Under the pieces are notes generated by a model that was not told the DNA's origin, searched no databases, and worked only from the letters and a program-made list of their open reading frames with translations. From contig JACQWM010000015.1 in NCBI GenBank assembly GCA_016209275.1, positions 1 through 63,958 of the forward strand: a stretch of DNA of 63,958 nt, read 5' to 3'. Origin of the DNA: Candidatus Omnitrophota bacterium. GTDB lineage: Bacteria; Omnitrophota; Gorgyraeia; Aquiviventales; Aquiviventaceae. Of the stretch, positions 25,894-34,615 are shown piece by piece. How positions within the stretch are numbered: the stretch's first letter is position 1; each line of letters opens with the position of its first letter. A program made the translations under genes and the position numbers.

Positions 25894-28726
25894 GGTGTGG
25901 CGCGCGCGATGGGCGCAGCAACGGTTGCAACCACGTCCCGGTCGAGGAGCCGGGGGTGGCCGCAACCTCTTCCGGCGTGCCGCTGGCGATCAAGCGGCCG
26001 CCCGCCTGGCCCCCCTCGGGTCCCAAATCAATCACGTAATCCGCGGTCTTGATCACTTCGAGATTATGCTCGATGACGATGACGGTATTGCCATAGTCCA
26101 CCAGCTGATGCAGCACCGCCAGCAGTTTCTCCACATCGGCGAAATGCAGCCCGGTCGTCGGCTCATCCAGCAGGTAGAGCGTTCGGCCGGTCGCCCGGCG
26201 GGAGAGCTCCTTGGCCAGCTTGATGCGCTGCGCCTCCCCCCCGGAGAGTGTGGTGGCCGATTGCCCCAGCTCCAGATAGCCTAAGCCCACCGCCCGGGTG
26301 GTCTTCAGCTTCTGCGCGACGGCGGGAATCGGCTCAAAGAGTTCCAACGCTTCTTCGACCGTCATCGCCAAGACATCCGCAATGGAGCGGCCCTTGTACG
26401 TCGCCTGCAGCGTTTGCTCATTAAACCGCCGGCCCCGGCACGTTTCGCATCGCACATGCACATCCGAGAGAAAATGCATCTCGATGCGCTTGATCCCATC
26501 GCCCTGGCACGCCTCGCACCGGCCGCCTTTGACGTTAAAACTGAACCGCCCCGGGCGGAACCCGCGCAGTTTCGCCGTCGGTGTTTGGGCGAACAGATCC
26601 CGGATCGGGCCGAAGGCCTCCGTATACGTGGCTGGATTCGAGCGCGGGGTCCGCCCGATCGGCGATTGATCGATCACAATCACTTTGTCGACCAGGGGCA
26701 TCCCGGTGATCCGCCGATGGCGGCCCGGGTGGTCTTTCGCGCCGTAGAGCCGGCGAGCCAGCGCGCGGTAGAGGATATCATCCACCAGGGTGGATTTGCC
26801 TGAGCCTGACACGCCGGTGACGCACACGAAGCAGCCCAGCGGGATCTTCACGTCGATCGCTTTGAGGTTGTGCTCGGCCGCCCCCTCGATCACCAGCGCT
26901 TGGCCCTTGCGCTGCGGCCGCCGACGCGGCGGCACCGCGATGAATCGTTTGCCGCAGAGGAATTGGCCCGTGAGGCTCTGCTCGGCGCGCATGATATCCT
27001 CGATCCCGCCGCAGGCGACCACTGCTCCGCCATGTTTGCCGGCTCCGGGCCCGAGATCGACGAGATAGTCCGCGCGGCGGATCGTGGCCTCATCATGCTC
27101 CACCACCACCAGGGTATTGCCCGCATCGCGCAGCCGCTGCAAGGTGTTCAGGAGCTTTTCGTTGTCCCGCTGATGCAAGCCGATGGACGGCTCATCCAGA
27201 ATATAGAGGACCCCCACCAAGCCTGAGCCGACTTGCGTCGCCAAGCGGATGCGCTGCGCTTCCCCGCCGGAGAGCGTTCCGGAGGCTCGATCGAGTGTTA
27301 AGTAGCCAAGACCAACGTCGATGAGAAATTGCAGGCGCCGAGAAATTTCCTTGATCAGCGGGTCGCTAACACTCCGTTGCTGGGCGGTCCACTGAAGCCC
27401 CTGCACCCACCGTTGGGCGGCCGTCACCGCATCCGTGGTCACCTCGGCAATGGACCGGCCGGCGATCAGCACCGCGCAGCTCTCCGGTTTCAGACGAGCG
27501 CCCTGGCACGCTTGGCAAGGCAGCACGCTCATGTACCGGCTGATGTTTTCTTTCACGTAGTCGGAGTCGGTGTGGCGAAACCGCCGCTTGAGATTCGGGA
27601 TCACGCCTTCCCATGGCTCGCCCCAGATGATCTCTTCGGAGCCGTAGAGCAGCGCTTTTTGGATGCGGCGGTCCAATCGATGAAAGGGCGTGCCCAAACC
27701 GACACCGAAATGGCGGGCGGCCTCGCGCAACAGGCGGCTGTAATAGATGACCATGTGGTGCCCGCTTCGCCGCCATGGCGCAATGGCGCCGTCCTGAAGG
27801 GATGCGCTGCGATCCGGAACGACGAGCTCTTCATCAAGCTCCAGCCGGGTGCCCAACCCATCGCACGTCGGACACGCCCCATAGGGCGAGTTAAAGGAGA
27901 AGGTCCGCGGGGAGAGTTCCTCAAAACTGAACCCGCAGCGGGAGCAGGCGTAGAGTTCGCTCAAGAGCTGTTCGTGTTTGCCATGAACAACGGCCACGAG
28001 GCCCTTGCCGACTTTCAAGGCCGTTTCAATGGATTCGGTCAGGCGGATTTTGTTGTCGGGCTGGGCGTTCAAGCGATCGATCACGATGTCAATCGTATGG
28101 GCGCGCTTTTTCTCCAGCGCCATCGGCTCATCCACATCGTGGAAGGCGCCATCGACGCGGACCCGCACGAACCCCTGGCGTTTGGCATCGCGAAAGATCT
28201 CGGCGTATTCGCCTTTTCGGCCGCGGACGACGGGTGCCAGGATGGTGAGCGGCGTTTCTGCGGGCAACGCCAAGACGTGGGCGACAATTTCCTGCGCCGA
28301 TTGCTGGCTGATGGGCATTTGGCATTTCGGGCAGTGCGGCTGCCCCAGCCGCGCAAACAGGACGCGGAGATAATCATAGATTTCCGTTTGCGTGGCGACG
28401 GTGGAGCGGGGATTCGACCCTGCGGTGCGCTGCTCGATGGCGATCGCCGGCGAAAGCCCATCGATGGCGTCAACATCAGGCTTTTCTAGCCGCTCCAGGA
28501 ACTGCCGGGCATACGCCGAGAGGCTCTCCACATAGCGGCGCTGCCCCTCGGCATACAGCGTATCGAATGCCAGAGTGGACTTGCCGGAGCCTGAAAGCCC
28601 GGTCACCACGATGAGGGCTCCGCGCGGCAACTGCACATCAATCGACTTCAGATTATGTTCCCGAGCGCCTTGAATCGTAATGCACCCATTGGCTCCGGGA
28701 AGCGTGGGGTCTCTGCTGGAGGGCAT
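25880..28726 (-). CDS. uvrA: Excinuclease ABC subunit UvrA
   Basis: 948 aa. Two ABC modules (GLSGSGKSTLAFDTLY, GVSGSGKSTLV), Zn modules (CPKC, CSRC..CPTCDG, CEACQGDG..CETCRG). Confidence 0.95.
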   Translation of the reverse strand: MPSSRDPTLPGANGCITIQGAREHNLKSIDVQLPRGALIVVTGLSGSGKSTLAFDTLYAEGQRRYVESLSAYARQFLERLEKPDVDAIDGLSPAIAIEQRTAGSNPRSTVATQTEIYDYLRVLFARLGQPHCPKCQMPISQQSAQEIVAHVLALPAETPLTILAPVVRGRKGEYAEIFRDAKRQGFVRVRVDGAFHDVDEPMALEKKRAHTIDIVIDRLNAQPDNKIRLTESIETALKVGKGLVAVVHGKHEQLLSELYACSRCGFSFEELSPRTFSFNSPYGACPTCDGLGTRLELDEELVVPDRSASLQDGAIAPWRRSGHHMVIYYSRLLREAARHFGVGLGTPFHRLDRRIQKALLYGSEEIIWGEPWEGVIPNLKRRFRHTDSDYVKENISRYMSVLPCQACQGARLKPESCAVLIAGRSIAEVTTDAVTAAQRWVQGLQWTAQQRSVSDPLIKEISRRLQFLIDVGLGYLTLDRASGTLSGGEAQRIRLATQVGSGLVGVLYILDEPSIGLHQRDNEKLLNTLQRLRDAGNTLVVVEHDEATIRRADYLVDLGPGAGKHGGAVVACGGIEDIMRAEQSLTGQFLCGKRFIAVPPRRRPQRKGQALVIEGAAEHNLKAIDVKIPLGCFVCVTGVSGSGKSTLVDDILYRALARRLYGAKDHPGRHRRITGMPLVDKVIVIDQSPIGRTPRSNPATYTEAFGPIRDLFAQTPTAKLRGFRPGRFSFNVKGGRCEACQGDGIKRIEMHFLSDVHVRCETCRGRRFNEQTLQATYKGRSIADVLAMTVEEALELFEPIPAVAQKLKTTRAVGLGYLELGQSATTLSGGEAQRIKLAKELSRRATGRTLYLLDEPTTGLHFADVEKLLAVLHQLVDYGNTVIVIEHNLEVIKTADYVIDLGPEGGQAGGRLIASGTPEEVAATPGSSTGTWLQPLLRPSRAPHHAHA

Positions 28727-28761
28727 CGCAATCGTTCAACACGCAACAACGATTATCGCAG

Positions 28762-28838
28762 ATAGCACATAGCACACAGCACATAGCAACAGCGTCATCT
28801 CTCTGCTATTGGCTATCTGCTATGTGCTATGCACTATC
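28762..28838. repeat. Heptamer-array hairpin: (ATAGCAC/ACAGCAC)x4 - loop - (TGCTATG-type)x5
   Basis: ATAGCAC ATAGCAC ACAGCAC ATAGCAA .. TGCTATT GGCTATC TGCTATG TGCTATG CACTATC, upstream of uvrA. Confidence 0.9.
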
Positions 28839-28856
28839 GGCTTCACGAGCAGTTTC

Positions 28857-28985
28857 TTACCGACGACGACGTCGGCGTTGGCCGCCCCGCGCCATCTTCG
28901 CGCGAGAAATGTCACCCTGCTTGTCTACGAAGTACAGATAGCCGGCCTGCTTTCGAATGCCCACTTTCGCTACTTTCTCTGCCAC
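28857..28985 (-). CDS. Unlisted small basic protein, 42 aa
   Basis: My own translation (below the ORF-track size cut-off): V/M-AEKVAKVGIRKQAGYLYFVDKQGDISRAKMARGGQRRRRRR*. GTG start at 28985 with AGGGGGTGA 7 nt upstream. Confidence 0.55.
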   Translation of the reverse strand: MAEKVAKVGIRKQAGYLYFVDKQGDISRAKMARGGQRRRRRR

Positions 28986-29057
28986 GACAAGTCACCCCCT
29001 TCCACCAGTTGTCGGTTGTCACTCCGCTGTCGCCCCGGGTCGTGACAGCGAATCGCC

Positions 29058-29864
29058 TCAGGTGCCGATGTGCACGCGGTCGAAAATCCGTCCGAGCGTT
29101 GCGACGGCGGACCGCACCGCGAGCTCGCTTGTTTTCGGGTTAGCGCTCGGCGCGCTTTCAATCTGGCAACGAATCGACCCGCAATCGGCGTCCACTTCAA
29201 GTTCGTGGCGGTTGACGCGAATTGTGGGGTCCGCGACCACCCGAATGCGCGGGGTCGCGGCATGCTTGGCGGCGGCCAACGTCAAGGTGGCGGCGATATT
29301 CGTATTTTGGGGGAACGCGTTGACGACGGCAGCCGCGGAGCCTTCGAAAATGACGAGGGGTCGCTTCAGACGGTCCAGCCGAAGCCGCTTGCGGCGGATA
29401 TACGGCGCGCTCATCAGAGCCTTCGGGGGTTTGCGCGTCGTCAAGGCCAGGCGCGTGATGCGCCCGATGGCGAGGGCCTTGAGGCCATCCACGGCGGCGA
29501 GGGCTCCGCTTGGCAGATAGACCCGCCCTCTGGAGCGCCGTGCTGCGCGTTGCCAGGCCCGGCGTCCGAGCAGTCCGCCGACGCTCATGATGAGCACATC
29601 ATGATTCGCGCGGAGAGCGGCGAGTGCCACCGAAGCGGCCACGTCGGCTGAGGCGGCCTCAAGCACCAAGCGGCTTCGCCGGATGAGTTCAGCGCGGGAA
29701 ACAATCGAGGGATGGTTTGCAAGCCGGCGCTGCAGGGCGCGTGCGCGCGTCTCATCCACATCATGTAGGGCGATCAGTCGTGCGGTTGATCGATAGGTTC
29801 GCTCAACAGCTCTTGCGAGTTGCGAGCCGATGGTCCCGCAGCCGATGAGGCCGACAGGCACCAT
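29058..29864 (-). CDS. nadX: L-aspartate dehydrogenase (NadX family)
   Basis: 268 aa. Rossmann N-terminus VGLIGCGTIGSQLA, DUF108-type C-domain. Call from memory of the family. Confidence 0.65.
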   Translation of the reverse strand: MVPVGLIGCGTIGSQLARAVERTYRSTARLIALHDVDETRARALQRRLANHPSIVSRAELIRRSRLVLEAASADVAASVALAALRANHDVLIMSVGGLLGRRAWQRAARRSRGRVYLPSGALAAVDGLKALAIGRITRLALTTRKPPKALMSAPYIRRKRLRLDRLKRPLVIFEGSAAAVVNAFPQNTNIAATLTLAAAKHAATPRIRVVADPTIRVNRHELEVDADCGSIRCQIESAPSANPKTSELAVRSAVATLGRIFDRVHIGT

Positions 29865-29866
29865 GG

Positions 29867-30277
29867 CTACGATCGCCGCGAGGGATTCCCCGCCGTCTCC
29901 TCGAGAAATCGGCAGCGCTCGCGAACAACATCCCGGATGCGGTTGCCCGCGTCCACCATAATCACCGTAGGTGAAAAGGCCTCAACCTCTTGCTCCGTCA
30001 ACTGCGCGTACGACATGATGATCACGCGATCGCCGACCGTGATCAGCCGGGCCGCCGCGCCATTGATGCAGACGGTGCCGGACCCCGCCTGGCCCTCGAT
30101 GCAATACGTCACGATGCGGGCTCCGTTGTCCACGTCGACGACATGGACCTGCTCATACGGCAGGATGTTGGCCGCCTTCATCAGCTGCGCATCCAGTGTG
30201 AGGCTGCCGGTGTAATTCACATTGGCATCCGTCACGACGGCGCGGTGGAGCTTGGACTTGCAGATCGTTCGCATCAT
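29867..30277 (-). CDS. panD: Aspartate 1-decarboxylase
   Basis: MMRTICKSKLHRAVVTDANVNYTGSLTLD.. (self-cleavage G-S site). Trimmed so it no longer overlaps the panC stop. Confidence 0.92.
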   Translation of the reverse strand: MMRTICKSKLHRAVVTDANVNYTGSLTLDAQLMKAANILPYEQVHVVDVDNGARIVTYCIEGQAGSGTVCINGAAARLITVGDRVIIMSYAQLTEQEVEAFSPTVIMVDAGNRIRDVVRERCRFLEETAGNPSRRS

Positions 30278-30287
30278 CGACGAGGTA

Positions 30288-31136
30288 TTATGGCACGTCG
30301 ACGAGAAGATTGTCAATCAATCGTGTGCGGCCGAATCGGACGGCCAGCAGCAGGGCGACGCGCCCGGAAACGCGCGTCAATGGCTCGAGCGTCGCGGCGT
30401 TGACGAGTGCGACATAATCAATCCGCGCCTCAGGTGCTGATCGGATGCGTTGCGTCATCGCGCGCTGCACGCCTTCGGCGCGACGTTCGCCGGCTCGAAT
30501 GCCGCGTTGCGCCTGTTGGAGCGCTTGACGGAGCACGGCGGCTTGCCGCCGATGGCTCGGCGATAAGTAGATATTGCGCGAGCTCATGGCCAGCCCATCC
30601 GCTTCGCGAATCGTGGGACAGAGGTGAAACCGAATCGGCAGATGCGCATCGCGAATCATCTGGTGAATGATCCGGGCTTGCTGATAATCTTTTTGGCCGA
30701 AGTAGGCGTTGGTCGGCTGCGTGATCTCAAAGAGCAGCCACACCACCGTCGCAACCCCGCGAAAATGTCCTGGGCGGATCTTCCCTTCCCATCGCTGCGC
30801 TAATGGGCCAGGGTCGATCGTTGTGTGAGATCCCTCAGGATACATGTCCTGGGCCGCCGGCGAAAAAATCACATGAGCGCCTGCGGACGCTGCCAGACGA
30901 ACATCGCGCGCAAACGGCCGAGGGTAGCTGGCGAAATCTTCCTTCGGCCCAAACTGCAATGGATTCACGAACATCGTCACGACCACGACATCGTTCTCGC
31001 GAGCCGCGCGCCGTATCAAGGACAGATGCCCTTCATGCAGCGCGCCCATGGTGGGCACAACCCCAATGCGCTTGCCTTGAGCCCGCAGGCGCACCGCGCG
31101 CTGCTGCATCTGTCGCACTGACCGAATGATGGTCAT
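30288..31136 (-). CDS. panC: Pantoate--beta-alanine ligase
   Basis: ..GVVPTMGALHEGHLSLI.. HIGH-type motif; 282 aa. Confidence 0.92.
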   Translation of the reverse strand: MTIIRSVRQMQQRAVRLRAQGKRIGVVPTMGALHEGHLSLIRRAARENDVVVVTMFVNPLQFGPKEDFASYPRPFARDVRLAASAGAHVIFSPAAQDMYPEGSHTTIDPGPLAQRWEGKIRPGHFRGVATVVWLLFEITQPTNAYFGQKDYQQARIIHQMIRDAHLPIRFHLCPTIREADGLAMSSRNIYLSPSHRRQAAVLRQALQQAQRGIRAGERRAEGVQRAMTQRIRSAPEARIDYVALVNAATLEPLTRVSGRVALLLAVRFGRTRLIDNLLVDVP

Positions 31137-31143
31137 CTTCAGG

Positions 31144-31185
31144 GCGATATCAGATATGAAACGGCTGTTTCATATCTGATATCGC
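31144..31185. repeat. GATATCAGATATC-family palindrome, copy 3
   Basis: GCGATATCAGATATGAAACGGCTGTTTCATATCTGATATCGC. Contains the folK stop codon. Confidence 0.95.
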
Positions 31186-31635
31186 TTGGAGGAGGGCGAC
31201 GATGGGCTTCCGCAGCACCGGGTGGATGCACTCAGGGGAAAGTTGAGCAAGCGGCTGCAGCACAAAGAGCCGCTCATGCAGGCGGGGATGTGGAATCTCC
31301 AGATCCGGCTCATTGACGGCCCGATCTCCATAGAGAAGAATGTCCAGGTCGATGGGGCGAGGACCCCATCGTTCGGTTGAGGGCACCCGCCCCAGCTGCC
31401 GCTCGATCGCTTGGAGCGTCTGCAGCAGCGCACGCGGCGCAAGCGTCGTGTCGATTTCAACCACGGTGTTGAGGAAGGGGCCTTGCGGAGGACCTCCCGC
31501 TGGTTCAGTCTCGATGATCGGCGCCATCTGGGTTACCTGGACCCCAGGAACCCGATTCAACGCCTGGACCGATGTTGAAATCAGCGATAGACGGTCGCCT
31601 TCATTAGATCCGATTCCGATGAATACTCGGCTCAT
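31150..31635 (-). CDS. folK: 2-amino-4-hydroxy-6-hydroxymethyldihydropteridine diphosphokinase
   Basis: Trimmed to MSRVFIGIGSNEGDR..RWGPRPIDLDILLY..PHPRLHERLFVL... The C-terminal ..ISDMKQPFHI is encoded by the palindrome. Confidence 0.88.
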   Translation of the reverse strand: MSRVFIGIGSNEGDRLSLISTSVQALNRVPGVQVTQMAPIIETEPAGGPPQGPFLNTVVEIDTTLAPRALLQTLQAIERQLGRVPSTERWGPRPIDLDILLYGDRAVNEPDLEIPHPRLHERLFVLQPLAQLSPECIHPVLRKPIVALLQAISDMKQPFHI

Positions 31636-31651
31636 CTGCAGACTAATTCGT

Positions 31652-32842
31652 TTATGCGAGCGCCTTGGCCAGACGGGAAATCGCATCCTGCAGGCGTTCG
31701 ATGGGTGAGGTGAGGGACATGCGGACGTACCCTTCGCCGGAGGGGCCGAAGCCCACGCCGGGTGTGATGACGACGTGCGATTGCTCAAGCAGCCGAGACG
31801 CAAAGGTGATGGAATGTTCCTTGGTCGGCACGCGGGCCCAGAGATAGAAGGACGCCTTGGGTTTCGGCACCTGCCAGCCAGCGTTGGCTAATCCCTCCAC
31901 GAGCAGGTCACGCCGTTGCTGATACGTCGCCACTGCCTGTTGCAACGGGGTCTGATCACCGGTGAGGGCTTCGATCCCGGCCCACTGGATCGGCTGAAAA
32001 ATCCCTGAGTCAATATTCGTCTTCAGTTGTGTGAGCGCTGCGATCAGCTTGGCATTGCCGCAGGCAAACCCAATGCGCCAGCCGGTCATGTTGTAGGTTT
32101 TGGAGAGGCTGTGGAACTCCACCCCAACAGATTTTGCATCCGGCAGCTCGAGAAAACTCATCGGCGTGTAGCCGTCGAAGGCAATTTCCGAATACGCCGC
32201 GTCATGCGCGATCGCAACGCCATACTCTTTCGCCAGCGCAATCGCTTCCTGAAACTGCTCAGCCGTGGCGGTGGCCGCGGTCGGATTGTTCGGATAATTG
32301 AGGAACATGAGCTTGGCTCGACGAGCCGCTTTTTGGCTCAGCGCACCGAGATCCGGGAAAAATTGGTTCTCTTCCAGCAGCGGCATGGAGACCGGCTCAG
32401 CCCCGGCGAAGATCGTGCTGCTGCGATACGGCGGATAACACGGATCCGGGACCAGCACCACATCGCCAGGATTCGCCACCGCCAGCGGAAGATTCGCGAT
32501 GCCCTCTTTGGAGCCAAGCAACGGCAGCACCTCGGTGCTGGGATCCAGGGTCACGTTGAACCGTCGCTGATACCACTCCGCGATCGCTTTGCGCAGCTCA
32601 GGAATGCCTTCGGTAAAGCTGTACCGGTGATTGGCTGGATCATCGATGGTGTGTTTGAGCTTGGCGATGATATGAGCTGGCGTGGGCAAATCAGGGTCAC
32701 CGACTCCCAAGTCAATGACATCCATGCCCTCAGCTTGCAGTTTCCGCTTCGCCTTGTCGATCTCAACGAAGAGATACGGCGGCAACTGCTTGAGCCGATC
32801 CGCCTTCTCGAATTGGTTCGTCGTTGCCATTTGTGAGCTCAT
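31652..32842 (-). CDS. dapL: LL-diaminopimelate aminotransferase (DapL-type class I aminotransferase)
   Basis: 396 aa; ..LPPYLFVEIDKAKRKL..IDLGVGDPD... Clustered with dapB/dapA/dapF/lysA; no dapC/D/E in the window. Confidence 0.72.
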   Translation of the reverse strand: MSSQMATTNQFEKADRLKQLPPYLFVEIDKAKRKLQAEGMDVIDLGVGDPDLPTPAHIIAKLKHTIDDPANHRYSFTEGIPELRKAIAEWYQRRFNVTLDPSTEVLPLLGSKEGIANLPLAVANPGDVVLVPDPCYPPYRSSTIFAGAEPVSMPLLEENQFFPDLGALSQKAARRAKLMFLNYPNNPTAATATAEQFQEAIALAKEYGVAIAHDAAYSEIAFDGYTPMSFLELPDAKSVGVEFHSLSKTYNMTGWRIGFACGNAKLIAALTQLKTNIDSGIFQPIQWAGIEALTGDQTPLQQAVATYQQRRDLLVEGLANAGWQVPKPKASFYLWARVPTKEHSITFASRLLEQSHVVITPGVGFGPSGEGYVRMSLTSPIERLQDAISRLAKALA

Positions 32843-32853
32843 TTCTCAATAAG

Positions 32854-32943
32854 GCGACCCATGACCCATGACGCATGACGCATGACTAAAACCAAGCACG
32901 ACAGTGTGGGTCGTGTGTCATGGGTCATGTGTCTTGTGTCACT
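32854..32943. repeat. Heptamer-array hairpin: (CATGACN)x4 - loop - (NGTCATG-type)x5, copy 1
   Basis: CATGACC CATGACG CATGACG CATGACT .. GGTCGTG TGTCATG GGTCATG TGTCTTG TGTCACT. The right arm encodes the dapB C-terminus. Confidence 0.9.
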
Positions 32944-33698
32944 CTTGACTTGAGGACGTGACTCATATCGTAGAGGCCGGGCTGCTGCTTGACGACGAAC
33001 TGGGCGGCGCGTAGAGCGCCTTGGGCAAAGACGTCGCGGCTATGGGCGCGATGCGTCAGCTCCAGCCGCTCGGATGGTCCGGCCAAAATCACCGTGTGAT
33101 CACCGACAATGTCGCCGGCGCGCACCGCATGGACCGTGATGGCGCTCGTCGGCTGCTGGCGCGCCGCCGCCAACTCCTCGGCAAGCCGCTTGGCCGTGCC
33201 GCTCGGCGCGTCTTTTTTCTGCTTGTGGTGCGCTTCGACCACCTCAACGTCATAGGACAAACCCAGACGCTGCGCGGCCAAGTGGGCCAGCTCAAACAGG
33301 ACGTTGACGCCAACACTCATGTTTGGGCTGAACATAATCGGAATGGCCTTGGACGCATTGCGAATGCTCACCAGCTGGGCTTCAGATAATCCGGTTGTGC
33401 CGATCACCATCGGCTTGCGCAGCTCCTGCGCTAACGCAAGATGCGCGATCGTAGCCTCAGGTGAGGTGAATTCGATCACCACATCGCCCTGCCCCATCGC
33501 CTGCTTCGCATCGGTGCTGACGGTCACCATCGGTGTGACTGGCCGGCCAAGGACTTGGCTGTACGCTTTGCCGATCGCTTCATGGCCTGAGGCTTCAAGG
33601 ACGGCACCGAGGCTGAAGACAGCATCCCCCAGCGCGCACCGGGCAATCGCTTGCCCCATCCGCCCACACGCACCGCTAATCACCAATTTAACGGCCAT
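32925..33698 (-). CDS. dapB: 4-hydroxy-tetrahydrodipicolinate reductase
   Basis: MAVKLVISGACGRMGQAI..; ..VEAHHKQKKDAPSGTA.. Confidence 0.92.
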   Translation of the reverse strand: MAVKLVISGACGRMGQAIARCALGDAVFSLGAVLEASGHEAIGKAYSQVLGRPVTPMVTVSTDAKQAMGQGDVVIEFTSPEATIAHLALAQELRKPMVIGTTGLSEAQLVSIRNASKAIPIMFSPNMSVGVNVLFELAHLAAQRLGLSYDVEVVEAHHKQKKDAPSGTAKRLAEELAAARQQPTSAITVHAVRAGDIVGDHTVILAGPSERLELTHRAHSRDVFAQGALRAAQFVVKQQPGLYDMSHVLKSRVTQDT

Positions 33699-34615
33699 GT
33701 CGCCCTCTGTGTGCTGTGTGCCTTGCTGGATTTCAACAACCCATAGCTTTCGAGCGTCATCTGCAACCGTTCATGGTTCGTCTCGGACATCTCGCATAAT
33801 GGCAATCGCAGCTCAGGCTGGATCATGCCCAAAATCCCCATCGCGGTCTTGACCGGAATGGGGTTCGTCTCCAAGAACATCGCCTTGGTCAGCGGCAGCA
33901 GCCGGTGATGCCACTGGATGGCTTCGGCCCGCTCGCCGGCCTCAAATGCCGCCACCATCGCGGCCACATCCTTCGGCACGATATTCGCCACCACCGAGAT
34001 GACCCCTACCCCGCCGATCGCCAGGACGGGGAGTGTCAGCGCATCATCGCCGGAAATCAGCGCGATCTTGCCCTGGGTCAGCTGCAGAATCCGGCTCATC
34101 TGCTCAAGGTTCCCGCTGGACTCTTTCACCGCCACGATATTCGGAATTTGTGCCAATTGCGCAAAGGTCTCCGGCTCGATGTTGACCGCCGTGCGCGACA
34201 TGATGTTATAGGGAATCAGCGGCAGCTCCACCGCATCGGCAATCGCCTTAAAGTGCAGGTACAAGCCCCGCTGGGTCGGCTTATTGTAGTAGGGGCTGAT
34301 CAAGAGCGCCGCATCCGCGCCGGAGTCCTGCGCGTGCTTGGTGATGCGGATGGCTTCTCGCGTGCTATTGGAGCCCGTACCAGCGATCACCGGAATCCGG
34401 CCGCGGGCGGCTTTGACCGACAGTTTAATGACGCGGTCGTGCTCTTCAAACGACAGCGTCGCCGATTCGCCGGTGGTTCCGCAGGGCACAATCGCGGTCG
34501 TGCCGGATTTCACATGCCAATCGATGAGATGCTTGAGCGCCTTCTCATCAATTGCATCGTCGCGAAACGGCGTGACGATCGCCACCATGGAACCCCGCAA
34601 GCGCAGTGTGCTCAT
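33680..34615 (-). CDS. dapA: 4-hydroxy-tetrahydrodipicolinate synthase
   Basis: ..GSMVAIVTPFRDD..GTTGESATLS... The C-terminal tail ..SSKAHSTQRATWPLNW overlaps the dapB start and contains the GTGTGCTGTGTGCC repeat. Confidence 0.92.
   Translation of the reverse strand: MSTLRLRGSMVAIVTPFRDDAIDEKALKHLIDWHVKSGTTAIVPCGTTGESATLSFEEHDRVIKLSVKAARGRIPVIAGTGSNSTREAIRITKHAQDSGADAALLISPYYNKPTQRGLYLHFKAIADAVELPLIPYNIMSRTAVNIEPETFAQLAQIPNIVAVKESSGNLEQMSRILQLTQGKIALISGDDALTLPVLAIGGVGVISVVANIVPKDVAAMVAAFEAGERAEAIQWHHRLLPLTKAMFLETNPIPVKTAMGILGMIQPELRLPLCEMSETNHERLQMTLESYGLLKSSKAHSTQRATWPLNW

Noticed and set aside
28730-28754. Inverted repeat AATCGTT-N11-AACGATT 3 nt upstream of the uvrA ATG as a LexA/SOS box.
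   Set aside because: It matches none of the LexA-box consensus types I can recall (CTGT-N8-ACAG, CGAAC-N4-GTTCG, GTTC-N7-GTTC, RGTAC-N3-DGTWC). It may simply be an RNA hairpin. I note it but do not call it an operator.
28762-28838. The heptamer arrays (here and at 32854, 42394, 47930, 58601) as CRISPR arrays.
   Set aside because: The repeat unit is 7 nt with no unique spacers of 25-40 nt. The arrays are inverted (hairpin) rather than direct. No cas genes or leader are present.
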